A program made the position numbers and the translations under genes. The notes below the pieces were generated by a model. It was not told the DNA's origin, did no database searches, and saw nothing but the letters and a program-made list of their open reading frames with translations. Positions 47,657 to 57,212 of a DNA stretch of 64,000 bases are shown here, one piece after another. Each line of letters starts with the position of its first letter. The first letter of the stretch is position 1. Source of the DNA: Longimicrobiales bacterium (lineage in GTDB: Bacteria > Gemmatimonadota > Gemmatimonadetes > Longimicrobiales > Gaopeijiaceae); assembly GCA_965204735.1 (NCBI GenBank), contig OZ242008.1, positions 3,840,001 to 3,904,000 on the forward strand. The letters run 5' to 3'.

Positions 47657-48601
47657 TCATTCGCCGATACCGATTCGTCGCTCGATCAAGTCTGCGAATT
47701 CTACCTTCAGTTCTATTCCAACCCATCGGCGCTTCAGCTGTTGTGCTGCAATCAACGTGGTTCCCGAGCCGGCAAAGGGATCCAAGACGACGGCATGCTC
47801 GTGGCTTGTGATCTCGATGCATCGGCGGGCAAGAGTCATGGGCATGACAGCCGGATGATCGACATCCATGGCAAAGCGACGGGGCGACGTGGGAATATCC
47901 CACACCGTACGCAAGCGACGATCGTTGGGGCCACGCACGGCGTCGACGTTGTAGTAGTACGACTGGCTTTTCGAGAACAGGAATACGGTCTCGTGGGACT
48001 TGGTAGGTCGATCCCTGACCGACTCCGGATGGGCGTTGGGCTTGTGCCAAATGACCTCCGACCGAAGCCACCAGCCAGCCTCTTGAAGCAAGAATGCAAT
48101 TCGCCATGGCACGCCAATGAGGTCCTTGGCCTTCAGTCCCTGGGGGGTGGGCGGGCGCACCGACATGGCTCGCACGCGATTCTTGCGATCGGGCGCTCGG
48201 TATCGTCGGCTCCCCGAAGTGTACACGTCCCCAACGTTCAGCCAAACCGTACCGTCGCTGCGCAGCACTCGCCTTAGCTTGTCGAATGTCTGAACAAGGC
48301 GGGCCAAGTAGGCATCCAGCGTGTCGTCTCTTCCCAGCTGCTGGCCTACGTCGTAGTCGCGCAAGGACCAGTAGGGCGGAGACGTGACGACAGTCTGTAC
48401 ACTTTCGTCGGCCAGAAGGTCAAGCCCTGCCGAGGCATCGCCGCAGATCAGCACGGAATCGTCGTGACGCCGAACCTCCGGAGCTTGTTGCGAGAGCAAT
48501 CCGAGATCCAGCATTGGCTGTCCCGTCGGCACGGCGGCGATCACGTCAGAACGGCGTACCATGCTCGACGGTCGCAAGCAAGCCGCTCGCCCTCCGTTCA
48601 T
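47657..48601 (-). CDS. Beta-class amino DNA methyltransferase (SPPY, probably m4C)
   Basis: VTSPPYW, GTVWLNVGD, IWHKPN, HPAVMP, VLDPFAGSGTT; ATGA overlap with upstream gene; visibly less GC-rich. Confidence 0.9.
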   Translation of the reverse strand: MNGGRAACLRPSSMVRRSDVIAAVPTGQPMLDLGLLSQQAPEVRRHDDSVLICGDASAGLDLLADESVQTVVTSPPYWSLRDYDVGQQLGRDDTLDAYLARLVQTFDKLRRVLRSDGTVWLNVGDVYTSGSRRYRAPDRKNRVRAMSVRPPTPQGLKAKDLIGVPWRIAFLLQEAGWWLRSEVIWHKPNAHPESVRDRPTKSHETVFLFSKSQSYYYNVDAVRGPNDRRLRTVWDIPTSPRRFAMDVDHPAVMPMTLARRCIEITSHEHAVVLDPFAGSGTTLIAAQQLKRRWVGIELKVEFADLIERRIGIGE

Positions 48602-49155
48602 CCCCACCATCCCGCGGCCTTCGACGCCAGGGCCGCGAAGCCTGCCGCGGCGCCCATCGCCGCCTCGTACTCCTTGTTGCGGACGTAGCGTCCCATGGAG
48701 AAGGACGTGGAGTCGGGGTCGGAGCGGCCGCGGTAGGGGACCGGCCTCGGGACGAACAACGGAACGGCGTGGCGGTAGTGGGCGTAGTCGTCGCCGAAGC
48801 GCGCCTCCATGTCGCTTGCTTCCTGCTTCATGGTCTCGCCGTACACCCATGCGAAGAAGGCTGCGACCAGCGGGACGAACCAGAGGACGCCACCGGCGGC
48901 TGCGGCCCCGACTCCCACGACGAAGCTGCCGAAGTATAGGGGGTTGCGCGTGAAGGCGTAGGGGCCGGAGACCGCCAGCTTCCGATCCTTTTCGAGCACG
49001 CCCGCCGCCCAAGCGCGGATGCCCAGGCCCTTCAGGACGAGCGCACCGCCGACGAGCAGAGAAGTCGGACCGGGGCGCGCCAGCCAGAAGAAGCAGGCCG
49101 CCAGGAGCCAAGCCACCGGCATCCGCAGCCGCCGAACTCCGGTTCGTCGCGTCAG
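48598..49155 (-). CDS. Isoprenylcysteine carboxylmethyltransferase/PEMT family membrane protein (CTG 49155 or ATG 49122 start)
   Basis: GPYAFTRNPLYFGS, E...RFGDDYAHYRHAVPLFVP. Confidence 0.85.
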   Translation of the reverse strand: MTRRTGVRRLRMPVAWLLAACFFWLARPGPTSLLVGGALVLKGLGIRAWAAGVLEKDRKLAVSGPYAFTRNPLYFGSFVVGVGAAAAGGVLWFVPLVAAFFAWVYGETMKQEASDMEARFGDDYAHYRHAVPLFVPRPVPYRGRSDPDSTSFSMGRYVRNKEYEAAMGAAAGFAALASKAAGWWG

Positions 49156-50678
49156 GGGGCTCCGCCCGACGATCCCGCCACGATCTCTTCCAGGTGCAGG
49201 GAGAGCGTTCCAACCAGCGGCAAGGCGGTCTGCATGTAGACGACCAGCCGGCGCTCGTCGTCGGAGAAGTGTATCTCCGCTTCGCCGCCTTCGGAGAAGA
49301 GGCCGCGGGTCTTGATCACGGGCCGCACCACGATCGTGTTGAACTCGCCGGCGCCCACTTTGCGCCGGTCCTTGCGCAACACCTCGAGCACCACGGGGTT
49401 GCCTTCGTCCTTGAAGTAGCGGTTGAAGGTGTAGGTCTTGCCGACCTCCAGCGGCAGGGTGCGCGCGAAGTAGACGAAGGAGACGTCGTCGAGGGGAAAC
49501 GAAGTGGGCAGTGGAGCCACGGTGTCGTAGTCGATCCGATGCCACTGCCGTTCCTCGGGGAAGAAGTCGTACTCCCGGTAGCGCTTTCGGCCCCCTTCGT
49601 GCTGGTCCTTCAGGAAGCGGCGGGACGCCAGCGTCTGCACGTCCATCCACGAGTAGAACTTGGAGTCGATCTTGTAGCCCAGCGCCCCCCCTTGGATGTG
49701 CCACTCGGCGGCGTAGGCGGGCACGCCGCGCACCGTGTCGATGCGGGGGACGCTCATCCGGCCCTCGCCGACCGTGAACGCGAAGACTTTGACCTTGTAC
49801 CTCAGGTCCTCGCCGAGCTCGAAGGGGATCCCGGGGACGGCGCGCGAAGGGGCGGCCACCGAGTCGAGGAGGAGCGGCGTCGCGGCGGCGGCCGCGGCCT
49901 TCGGCACGACCTGGGCCGCCGCAACGCCCTGCGACGCGAGCGACAGCGCGGCAGCCAGCGCGAGCGCGGCAACCGAGGCTCCGCGCAGGCGCAGAAGCTG
50001 GAAGACGGTGGGCACCAGGCGAACGCGGGTTCGGCGGTGGCGGATGTCGTACCGGAGGCCGACGGGGACTTCGGCGACACGCCGGGCGAAGGGCGCCAGA
50101 GCGGCCAGCAGCTGGGCGTTGGCGGCCCAGCCCGAGCGGGTCAGGAGGGAGCCGTCGCGGGCGGCGGCCACGGCCTTTCGGATCACGACCGCCCGGTAGG
50201 CCCGAAAGCCGCAAAGCGGGTCCGCCGGACGCTCGCCCAGGGCCGCGCCTCCGGCCCGACGAGCCAGTCTGACCGGCCACGGCGCCTTCGGTTCGCCGCC
50301 GCCCGGCCTGCCGGCCACGATGTCGGCCCCGCCTTCAAAGGTCTTGACGATCGCCCGCAAGTCGTCCGGGTGCTCGGTGAAGTCGCCCTGCATGACCACG
50401 ATCGCGTCCCGCTTGGGGTAGTCGGTGCACTCGGCGGCCGTGCGGAGGAGCCTCTCGACCGCTGGGCCGTACCCGATGGGACGCCGTTCCCGCAGCACGG
50501 TCAGGGGCAGGACGCGCCGGTACCTCTCCAGCAGCTTCCGGGTTCCGTCCCGGGAAGCGTCGTCCAGGACGCAGATGCGGTAGTCCCTGCCGAGATCCAG
50601 CATGACTTCGCGGATCTTCCACAGGAGGACGCCGATCGTCCGGTCCTCGTCTCGGGCGGGGATGCAGATGTGGATCAT
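49152..50678 (-). CDS. Glycosyltransferase family 2 fused to DUF3108-like domain
   Basis: IPARDEDRTI, LDDASRDGT, GFRAYR; then signal-like segment and GEDLRYKV..., VGAGEFNTIVVRP, FSDDERR. Confidence 0.75.
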   Translation of the reverse strand: MIHICIPARDEDRTIGVLLWKIREVMLDLGRDYRICVLDDASRDGTRKLLERYRRVLPLTVLRERRPIGYGPAVERLLRTAAECTDYPKRDAIVVMQGDFTEHPDDLRAIVKTFEGGADIVAGRPGGGEPKAPWPVRLARRAGGAALGERPADPLCGFRAYRAVVIRKAVAAARDGSLLTRSGWAANAQLLAALAPFARRVAEVPVGLRYDIRHRRTRVRLVPTVFQLLRLRGASVAALALAAALSLASQGVAAAQVVPKAAAAAATPLLLDSVAAPSRAVPGIPFELGEDLRYKVKVFAFTVGEGRMSVPRIDTVRGVPAYAAEWHIQGGALGYKIDSKFYSWMDVQTLASRRFLKDQHEGGRKRYREYDFFPEERQWHRIDYDTVAPLPTSFPLDDVSFVYFARTLPLEVGKTYTFNRYFKDEGNPVVLEVLRKDRRKVGAGEFNTIVVRPVIKTRGLFSEGGEAEIHFSDDERRLVVYMQTALPLVGTLSLHLEEIVAGSSGGAP

Positions 50679-50753
50679 AGGTCAATATACCCTACGGTCG
50701 GCAGGAAGTTCCCGGTTGCCCAACTTTCGCGGACCGCCTCGCCGTTCGCGAGC

Positions 50754-51701
50754 CTACGGCAAGGACTGCCCGCTCCCCGCGCTCGCTTCCGGCGGCGGGG
50801 TCTTCCAGCGACGGTGATGCCAGAAGTACTGCTCCGGATGCTCCCGCACGCGGGCTTCCAGCCGGCTGGTGAACGCTTGCGTCAGGGCGGCCACCTTCGC
50901 GGCCAGCGCCGCTGAGCGCCCGCCGACCTGGGGCGCCTCCACCTCCTCGATCCGCACTTCGTAGCGGGGCGGGCTGCCTGGGAGCCGGAGCGAGAACAAG
51001 GTGGTCAGCGCGGCCCCGGCCCGGACGGTCAGCAGCGCCGGGCCTCGGGCGGTCGCCGCCGGGCGGCCGAAGAAGTCCACGAAGATTCCGGCGCGGCGGG
51101 CGTCCTGGTCGCCGAGGATGCCGATCACTCGTCCGGAGCGGAGCGAAGCCAGCACGCGGGGGCGGGCCTCGCCCCGAGGGATCACGGTCAGTCCCAGTCC
51201 CTCGCGGGCCCGGGTCAGGCGCGCGTCGAAGAGAGGGTTGCGCTGTCGCGCCGCCACCACGTCGACGGGAAGGCCCCTGGCGGCGATGGCCGCGGCGCCG
51301 ACTTCCCAGTTCCCCAGGTGCCCGGTGACCACCGTCACGCCACGGCCTTCCCGCGTGGGCCGTTCGAGGAACTCGAGCCCGGACACGCGAGTGCGCGCCC
51401 GTATCTCCTTCGCGCCCAAGCGGGCGAGCCGGAAGACCGCCACGGCCTCGGCGCCCAGGTGAACGTAGCACCGGCGGGCCACGTCCCGCCGCCACGACTC
51501 GGAGGCGTCGGGGAACGCCGCGGCGAGCTGGGCGGTCACCACGTCCCAGCGGGGGCGGCCCAGGCGAGCGGCGGTCCACCCCAGAGAGGCCCCGACCCGG
51601 TCCGCAAGCCGTTCCGGCGCGGCGTTGCACGCGCCCGAGAACAGGCGGAAGGCACCGTACTCCAGCCGGTGGCGGATCGCGGCGGGCGCCCGGCGGCTCA
51701 T
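50754..51701 (-). CDS. Lipid A late acyltransferase (LpxL/HtrB family)
   Basis: GHLGNWE, GDQDA, FFGRPA, PEQYFWHHRRWK. Confidence 0.9.
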   Translation of the reverse strand: MSRRAPAAIRHRLEYGAFRLFSGACNAAPERLADRVGASLGWTAARLGRPRWDVVTAQLAAAFPDASESWRRDVARRCYVHLGAEAVAVFRLARLGAKEIRARTRVSGLEFLERPTREGRGVTVVTGHLGNWEVGAAAIAARGLPVDVVAARQRNPLFDARLTRAREGLGLTVIPRGEARPRVLASLRSGRVIGILGDQDARRAGIFVDFFGRPAATARGPALLTVRAGAALTTLFSLRLPGSPPRYEVRIEEVEAPQVGGRSAALAAKVAALTQAFTSRLEARVREHPEQYFWHHRRWKTPPPEASAGSGQSLP

Positions 51702-53554
51702 CGGAACTGCAGGTCCCGGAGACGACGGTAGAGGCCGCCTTCGTCGGAAAGGGAGTCGTGCGTGCCCCGCTGCACGATCCGCCCGTCGTCCACCACCAGG
51801 ATCATGTCGGCCCTGCGGATCGTGGAGAGCCGGTGGGCGATCACGAACACCGTCCGACCGGCGAGAAGGCGCTCGACGGCGTCCTGCACCAGGCGCTCCG
51901 ACTCGGCGTCCAAGGCGCTCGTGGCTTCGTCCAGCACCAGCACCGGCGGGTCGCGCAGGACGGCCCGGGCGATGGCGATGCGCTGCCGCTGCCCCCCCGA
52001 CAGCGCGGCGCCCCGTTCGCCCACCACCGTGTCGTAACCGTCGGGCAGCCGCGCGACGAAGTCGTGGGCGTGGGCCGCGCGGGCCGCCTCCCGCACCTGT
52101 CGGTCCGAGGCGCCGTCGGCGCCGTAGGCGATGTTGGCGCGCACCGTGTCGTGGAAGAGCACCGTCTCCTGGGACACGACGCCCAAGCCGCGCCTCAGCG
52201 AGGCCAGGCGGTACTGGCGCAGGTCGGCGCCGTCGATCTCCACCGCGCCCGCGGTCGGGTCGTAGAAGCGGCCCAGCAGGTCCACGATGCTGGTCTTGCC
52301 CGCGCCGCTGGGTCCCACCAGGGCCACGGTCGACCCGGCCGGCACGTGGAAGTCCACTTCGCGAAGCACCGGTTCGCCCGGTCGGTACTCCAGGCTCACG
52401 CCGCGGTAGCGTATCCCCGCGCCCACGCCGGCGAAGGGCCTCGCGCCGTCCCGGTTCGCCGTCTCCGCCGGCGCGTCGAGGAACTCGAACACCCTTTCCG
52501 CCGCCACCAAGCCCGGCTGCACCAGCACCGGGAGCTTGCTCATGTACTTGACCGGGGCGTAGAGCCGGGAGCTCAGGGCGATGAACCCCACGAACGCCTC
52601 GCCGGTCAGCGCTCCCTCCGCCACGACCAGCCGGGCGCCGTACCACAGGAGGACCGCCGTGCCGGCGGCGACCAGGAACTCGGTCAGGGGCGCGGCCAGG
52701 GCTCGAAGTCGGACCGTCCTCATGAAGGTGGCGAAGTACTCCCCCGTCAGGCCCCGGAAGCGTTCTCGCTCCACCGCCTCCGCCGACGCCGCCTTCACCA
52801 GCCGGATTCCCGACACCGTCTCCTGCACATGGGCGCCCACCTCGCCGGCCGTCTCCAGCACCCTCCGGTCTCCCCCCTTCAGGCGGCGGACCAGCGGACC
52901 CCAGATGATCATGGCAAGGGGAACCACGACGAAGGCGGCGGCGGTCAGCCGTCCGGATATCTGGATCATCCAGTAGAGCGCCGCGACGAACATCCACACC
53001 GCCGAGACCGTCGCCACCAGCTCCTTGGTGACCAGTGTGCGCAGCTGCTCCACGTCGTGGGTCAGGCGCGAGACGATCTGGCCCGTCTTCGTGCGTCCGA
53101 AGAACGACAGGTCCAGCTTCAGCAAGTGGCCGTACGCCTGGTTGCGCAGGTCCCGGGTCACTCCTTGCTCCACCTGAGCCGTCAGATAGGCCCGGAGGAA
53201 GTCGACCGCGTTCTTGCACGCCACGACGACCACGATGAAGACGATGATCCCGGTCACCGCCGCCAGCGGTTCGCCGTCCAGGTCGACGAAGCGGCCCACG
53301 GTGGCGTCCATGGCTTGGCGGATGCCGTCGGGGCCGCTGCTGGGGGGATCGGAGCCCCCGGAGCGGGAGATGCCCGCCGCGTCCGGGGCGTTGCCGGAGG
53401 CGCCGGCGAAGAGCGTGCCCAGGAAGGGGATCAGCAGGACAAAGGAAAAGGCGTCCAGGGCGGCGAACGCGGTGCTGGCCGCGGCCGCCCCCACGAAGGT
53501 CCCCCGGTGAGGCCTCAGGTACGAGAGGACTCTGCGGACGAGGGCAAGAGTCAC
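51698..53554 (-). CDS. msbA: MsbA-like lipid A export ABC transporter
   Basis: TMD plus GPSGAGKT, LSGGQRQRIAIARA, LDEATSALD; adjacent to LpxL-like gene. Confidence 0.8.
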   Translation of the reverse strand: MTLALVRRVLSYLRPHRGTFVGAAAASTAFAALDAFSFVLLIPFLGTLFAGASGNAPDAAGISRSGGSDPPSSGPDGIRQAMDATVGRFVDLDGEPLAAVTGIIVFIVVVVACKNAVDFLRAYLTAQVEQGVTRDLRNQAYGHLLKLDLSFFGRTKTGQIVSRLTHDVEQLRTLVTKELVATVSAVWMFVAALYWMIQISGRLTAAAFVVVPLAMIIWGPLVRRLKGGDRRVLETAGEVGAHVQETVSGIRLVKAASAEAVERERFRGLTGEYFATFMRTVRLRALAAPLTEFLVAAGTAVLLWYGARLVVAEGALTGEAFVGFIALSSRLYAPVKYMSKLPVLVQPGLVAAERVFEFLDAPAETANRDGARPFAGVGAGIRYRGVSLEYRPGEPVLREVDFHVPAGSTVALVGPSGAGKTSIVDLLGRFYDPTAGAVEIDGADLRQYRLASLRRGLGVVSQETVLFHDTVRANIAYGADGASDRQVREAARAAHAHDFVARLPDGYDTVVGERGAALSGGQRQRIAIARAVLRDPPVLVLDEATSALDAESERLVQDAVERLLAGRTVFVIAHRLSTIRRADMILVVDDGRIVQRGTHDSLSDEGGLYRRLRDLQFR

Positions 53555-53561
53555 CCGAAGC

Positions 53562-55130
53562 TCACCTTGGGCGGGGCCTGAGGGTCGCGACGGGGACGAT
53601 CATCTCCTCCGGGGAGATTCCCCCGTGCAGGAAGGAGTTGCGGTAGCGGCCGATGTATTCGCGGAGCTTCGTCGGATACACGAAGAAGTAGTCCTCCAGC
53701 GCCACTAGGCAGCTGGTGCCGGCCGGCCCCTGGGGCAGGCGAAGATCGCCGGGACGCGAAGTCGCGAAGGAGCCGCCGGGGTCCTTGGCCCGCAGCCTGG
53801 CGCCGAACTTGTAGCGCAGGTTGGGCGTGGCGTCGCGACGGGCGTAGACCGTGGTGGGCCGCCGGCAGTGGATGGAGCCGTGGTCGGTGGTGAGGAGCAC
53901 CTTGCAGCCCCGGGCCGCGGCCTCCTTGAGCACCGAGAACGCGGTGGAGCGCTCGAACCACGAGCGGGTGAGGTGCCGGAGGGCCGCCGCGTCCTTCGCC
54001 ACCTCCATCAGGATCGGCGACTCGGAGCGGCCGTGGGTCATCAGGTCCACGAAGTTGAACACCAGCGCCAGGACCGAGCCCGGGGTTCCCGCCGCGGACC
54101 GCACCCGCCTCCGCACTTGGTCGGCCTTGCGGTCGGTGAAGACCTTCTCGTAGTGGACCGGCACGTCGCGCCCGGCCAGACGCCGAAGCTGGTCCCGCAG
54201 GAGGTCCTCCTCGAACGCGTTCAGGGAGCCTTCGTCGCCGGACGCGTCCCACCACTCGGGGCGTTGCGCGGCGATCTGGTCGGGATAGAGCCCCGAGAAG
54301 AGGGCATTGCGGGCGTAGGGCGTGGCGGTGGGAAGGATCGAGTAGTGGAACCCCTCTTCGACCTCGAATGCGCTCGCCAGGAGAGGGGCGATGGATCGCC
54401 ACTGGTCCAGCCTCATGCAGTCCAGCACGACGAAGAACACCGGCTCGGGCCCCAGCAGGGGCGCCAAGCGGCGGGCCACCACGTCGACCGAGAGCTCCGG
54501 CGGGTCGTCGGCCCCCCGGACCCAGCGCGGGTACTTGCGCACGATCCAGCGTCCAAAGTCGTGGCGCAGGTCGTTCTGAAGGGACTCCACGGTGTCCAGC
54601 AGCCCCCTCTCGCCGTCGCTCTCCAGCCGAAGGTGCCAGTCCACCAGCTCCTGGTACACGCGGGCGAAGCCGTCGGCGGACGAAGCCAGCTCCCGCTGGC
54701 GCGCCAGGGCGGGCCAGCGGCCTGCAAAGTCCTGGGCGGTTCGCTGCTGACGGATCGACGAGCCTTCGAGGATGCGGGTGACCACCGAGAGGACCTGCCT
54801 GGGGCTTGTGGGCTTGACCAGGTAGTCCTCCACGTGGCGGCCGATCGCCTCGGTCATGGTGCGGTCCTCTTCCGACTTCGTGACCATCACCACTCGGGCG
54901 TGAGGGTCGTCGCGGCGCAGCGCCTTGAGCACCTCCAGGCCCGGCGTGCCGGGCATCTGCTCGTCGAGGAGGATCAGGTCGTAGCGGTGCTCCCGGAGCA
55001 GGGCCAGGGCGTCGTCGCCGTTGGTGATGGCGTCGACGTGGTACCCCCGCTGCTGGAGGAAGAGGAGGTGGGGCCGAAGAAGGCCGATCTCGTCGTCCAC
55101 CCAAAGGATTCTCTTGGCGCCCCGTTGCAT
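53562..55130 (-). CDS. PorX-like response regulator with PglZ/alkaline phosphatase domain
   Basis: ILWVDDE REC domain; LDCMRLDQW, ILPTATPYARNALF, TTDHG, HGGISPEEMIVP. Confidence 0.88.
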   Translation of the reverse strand: MQRGAKRILWVDDEIGLLRPHLLFLQQRGYHVDAITNGDDALALLREHRYDLILLDEQMPGTPGLEVLKALRRDDPHARVVMVTKSEEDRTMTEAIGRHVEDYLVKPTSPRQVLSVVTRILEGSSIRQQRTAQDFAGRWPALARQRELASSADGFARVYQELVDWHLRLESDGERGLLDTVESLQNDLRHDFGRWIVRKYPRWVRGADDPPELSVDVVARRLAPLLGPEPVFFVVLDCMRLDQWRSIAPLLASAFEVEEGFHYSILPTATPYARNALFSGLYPDQIAAQRPEWWDASGDEGSLNAFEEDLLRDQLRRLAGRDVPVHYEKVFTDRKADQVRRRVRSAAGTPGSVLALVFNFVDLMTHGRSESPILMEVAKDAAALRHLTRSWFERSTAFSVLKEAAARGCKVLLTTDHGSIHCRRPTTVYARRDATPNLRYKFGARLRAKDPGGSFATSRPGDLRLPQGPAGTSCLVALEDYFFVYPTKLREYIGRYRNSFLHGGISPEEMIVPVATLRPRPR

Positions 55131-55303
55131 GGGGAAAGCTAGCCAAGCGGGGCGCGGACATGCCGGGCGGGCAGAATCGATCCGGGCGCGGTCGGGCGAA
55201 CTCCGGGGCAGCCGGCCCCGGCGACGGGCGCACCGAGCTGCGCGGTCGCCGAGGGTGGGCGCGCCGCTTGCCCCCGGACGTCCAGACGGGTATTCTTCCC
55301 TTC

Positions 55304-56290
55304 ATGGACGCGGCGATTCGGCAGCATCGCAGGGTACCGGGCCAGGTGCGGGATGCGGTCGCCGATGCGGCTGGAGACGGAGCTTCCGCAGCCGCGGCGC
55401 TGGGCCGCTCCTACGTCTACAAGAAGGCGGTCCTGCATCACGCCGACTGCTTCGAGTGGTTGTCGCGACAGACGCCAAGCTCGATGCAGGCCGTCGTAAC
55501 GGACCCGCCCTATGGACTTGTGGAGTACTCCGACACAGAACAACGCAAGCTGCGTCTGCGGAAAGGCGGGGTGTGGCGCCAGCCTCCTTCGTTTGACGGC
55601 GCGCAACGATCGCCCTTGCCACGTTTCACGGTGCTGTCCCGGAGCGACCTGAACAGGATCACCGATTTCTTTCGCGAGTGGGCCGCTCTGTTGTTGCCCG
55701 TTCTCGTCCCTGGCGCAAACGTGGTGGTGGCGGCGAATCCGTTGCTGTCCCACATCGTTTCCGGCGCTCTTGCGCAAGCGGGCCTGGAGCGCCGCGGCGA
55801 AATCGCTAGGCTGGTCATGACGATGCGGGGCGGCGACCGTCCTAAGGGCGCCCACGAGGAGTTCAGTTGCGTGAGCGTAATGCCACGTTCCATGTGGGAG
55901 CCATGGCTGATTTTTCGGAAGCCCTTGCAAGGCCGTGTTCAAGACAACCTTCGACGTTGGCGCGTCGGCGGCTTTCGTCGGCCCTCTTCCGGCAGACCCT
56001 TTGGGGACGTGATTCCGTCGGCGCCGACTCGCAAGGAAGAACGCCGGCTGGCGCCCCACCCCAGCTTGAAGCCGCAGAGCTTTATGCGTCAACTCGTTCG
56101 GGGTGTGTTGCCGCTTGGAGAAGGCACCGTGCTGGATCCGTTTTGCGGAGCTGGATCGACCTTGGCTGCTGCTCAGGTCGTGGGCTACGAGAGCATCGGC
56201 GTCGAGAGGGACCACGCCTACTTTGCAGTTGCTTGCGAGGCGCTGCCGAAGCTGGCAAGCTATCGGCCAAGGCAGGCTGGTCTGTTGTGA
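55304..56290 (+). CDS. Beta-class amino DNA methyltransferase (DPPY)
   Basis: VTDPPYG, HPSLKP, VLDPFCGAGST; visibly less GC-rich. Confidence 0.9.
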   Translation: MDAAIRQHRRVPGQVRDAVADAAGDGASAAAALGRSYVYKKAVLHHADCFEWLSRQTPSSMQAVVTDPPYGLVEYSDTEQRKLRLRKGGVWRQPPSFDGAQRSPLPRFTVLSRSDLNRITDFFREWAALLLPVLVPGANVVVAANPLLSHIVSGALAQAGLERRGEIARLVMTMRGGDRPKGAHEEFSCVSVMPRSMWEPWLIFRKPLQGRVQDNLRRWRVGGFRRPSSGRPFGDVIPSAPTRKEERRLAPHPSLKPQSFMRQLVRGVLPLGEGTVLDPFCGAGSTLAAAQVVGYESIGVERDHAYFAVACEALPKLASYRPRQAGLL

Positions 56291-56305
56291 ACGAATTGTC
56301 CGCAA

Positions 56306-56914
56306 TCAGTCGATGTTGTATATCCATGCTTGCCGGAGTTTCTTGATTCCGTTACGGTGCAGCGTTGCGGTCCGTGTGCCGAGTTCCCCCCTCGCGTTCT
56401 TTCGGAAGTCGTCGACTTCCACATGACCCAAGTACACTTCGGTAAACATCATTGGGCGTCGCTCGCGCGCTGGCTCGGTCTCGCTGTCGACCTTGTACAC
56501 GAACACGCACATCCATTGTTCTCTGGCACCATGCATATCCACGGCGCCTCCCTTCTTCCGCGTTGACTTGATTTCCACGCCCTCGGAGCCTGACTTGACA
56601 CTGTCGTTCGGATGGGCACCAGCGACGACAAGGTCCGGGTGGCCATTGAAGTACTGGTTCTCCACCAGACTTCTGGCGTGGTTCGCCAAGCTGGTGGTGA
56701 GCAGATCGGAGACGAATCCAGACATCGCTGCCGGGCGCATCATGTCGTCGAGGCGTCGCAACCCGCGCTTGAGCAGCAGTTCGTTTACGTCGTGGAAGAA
56801 GTCGTAGACGTCCTGCATCGCGATATGGAAATCCATCAACCTGAGGGAATAAGGCAATACGGCGTTTTGGTTGAATTTGGCCCGATCAACCTTGCGAGGA
56901 CCGCCTGGATTCAT
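56306..56914 (-). CDS. Putative type II restriction endonuclease (PD-(D/E)XK)
   Basis: GHPDL...GVEIKS motif; convergent with MTase; less GC-rich. Confidence 0.6.
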   Translation of the reverse strand: MNPGGPRKVDRAKFNQNAVLPYSLRLMDFHIAMQDVYDFFHDVNELLLKRGLRRLDDMMRPAAMSGFVSDLLTTSLANHARSLVENQYFNGHPDLVVAGAHPNDSVKSGSEGVEIKSTRKKGGAVDMHGAREQWMCVFVYKVDSETEPARERRPMMFTEVYLGHVEVDDFRKNARGELGTRTATLHRNGIKKLRQAWIYNID

Positions 56915-56981
56915 GTACGCACCCTGCCTTGCGATTCGTGGACCGCGCGCGGCGACGGGCTCTTGGCCGCGCCTCCGTCAG

Positions 56982-57047
56982 TCAGATCTTTCGCCGCAGC
57001 CAGTCGAGCAGGAAGCGCAGCGTGTGTCGGAGCAGCTTGATCAGCAA
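56982..57047 (-). CDS. Putative small peptide MLIKLLRHTLRFLLDWLRRKI
   Basis: GGAGG (57056-57060) 8 nt before TTG 57047; TGA at 56982-56984; mostly G/C-ending codons. Confidence 0.5.
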   Translation of the reverse strand: MLIKLLRHTLRFLLDWLRRKI

Positions 57048-57212
57048 GGGAGCGTCCTCCGGGTGGGGTCGTTTCGCCGGGGCCGGGTTTGGGTCCCGTG
57101 GGGCAGTATCGTCTGTACGGCGGGGGCGGCGTCAAGGGTTCAGGCCGCTTCGGCGAGCGGTGCGGTGCGGCTGGACGGCTTCGCCGGCGAAGGACCGGCC
57201 GGCGCCGTTCCG

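Noticed and set aside
53562..55130. BREX/Pgl defence system because of the PglZ domain and nearby MTases
   Set aside because: PglZ is fused to a receiver domain (PorX type); no BrxC, BrxL or PglX-size genes are present.
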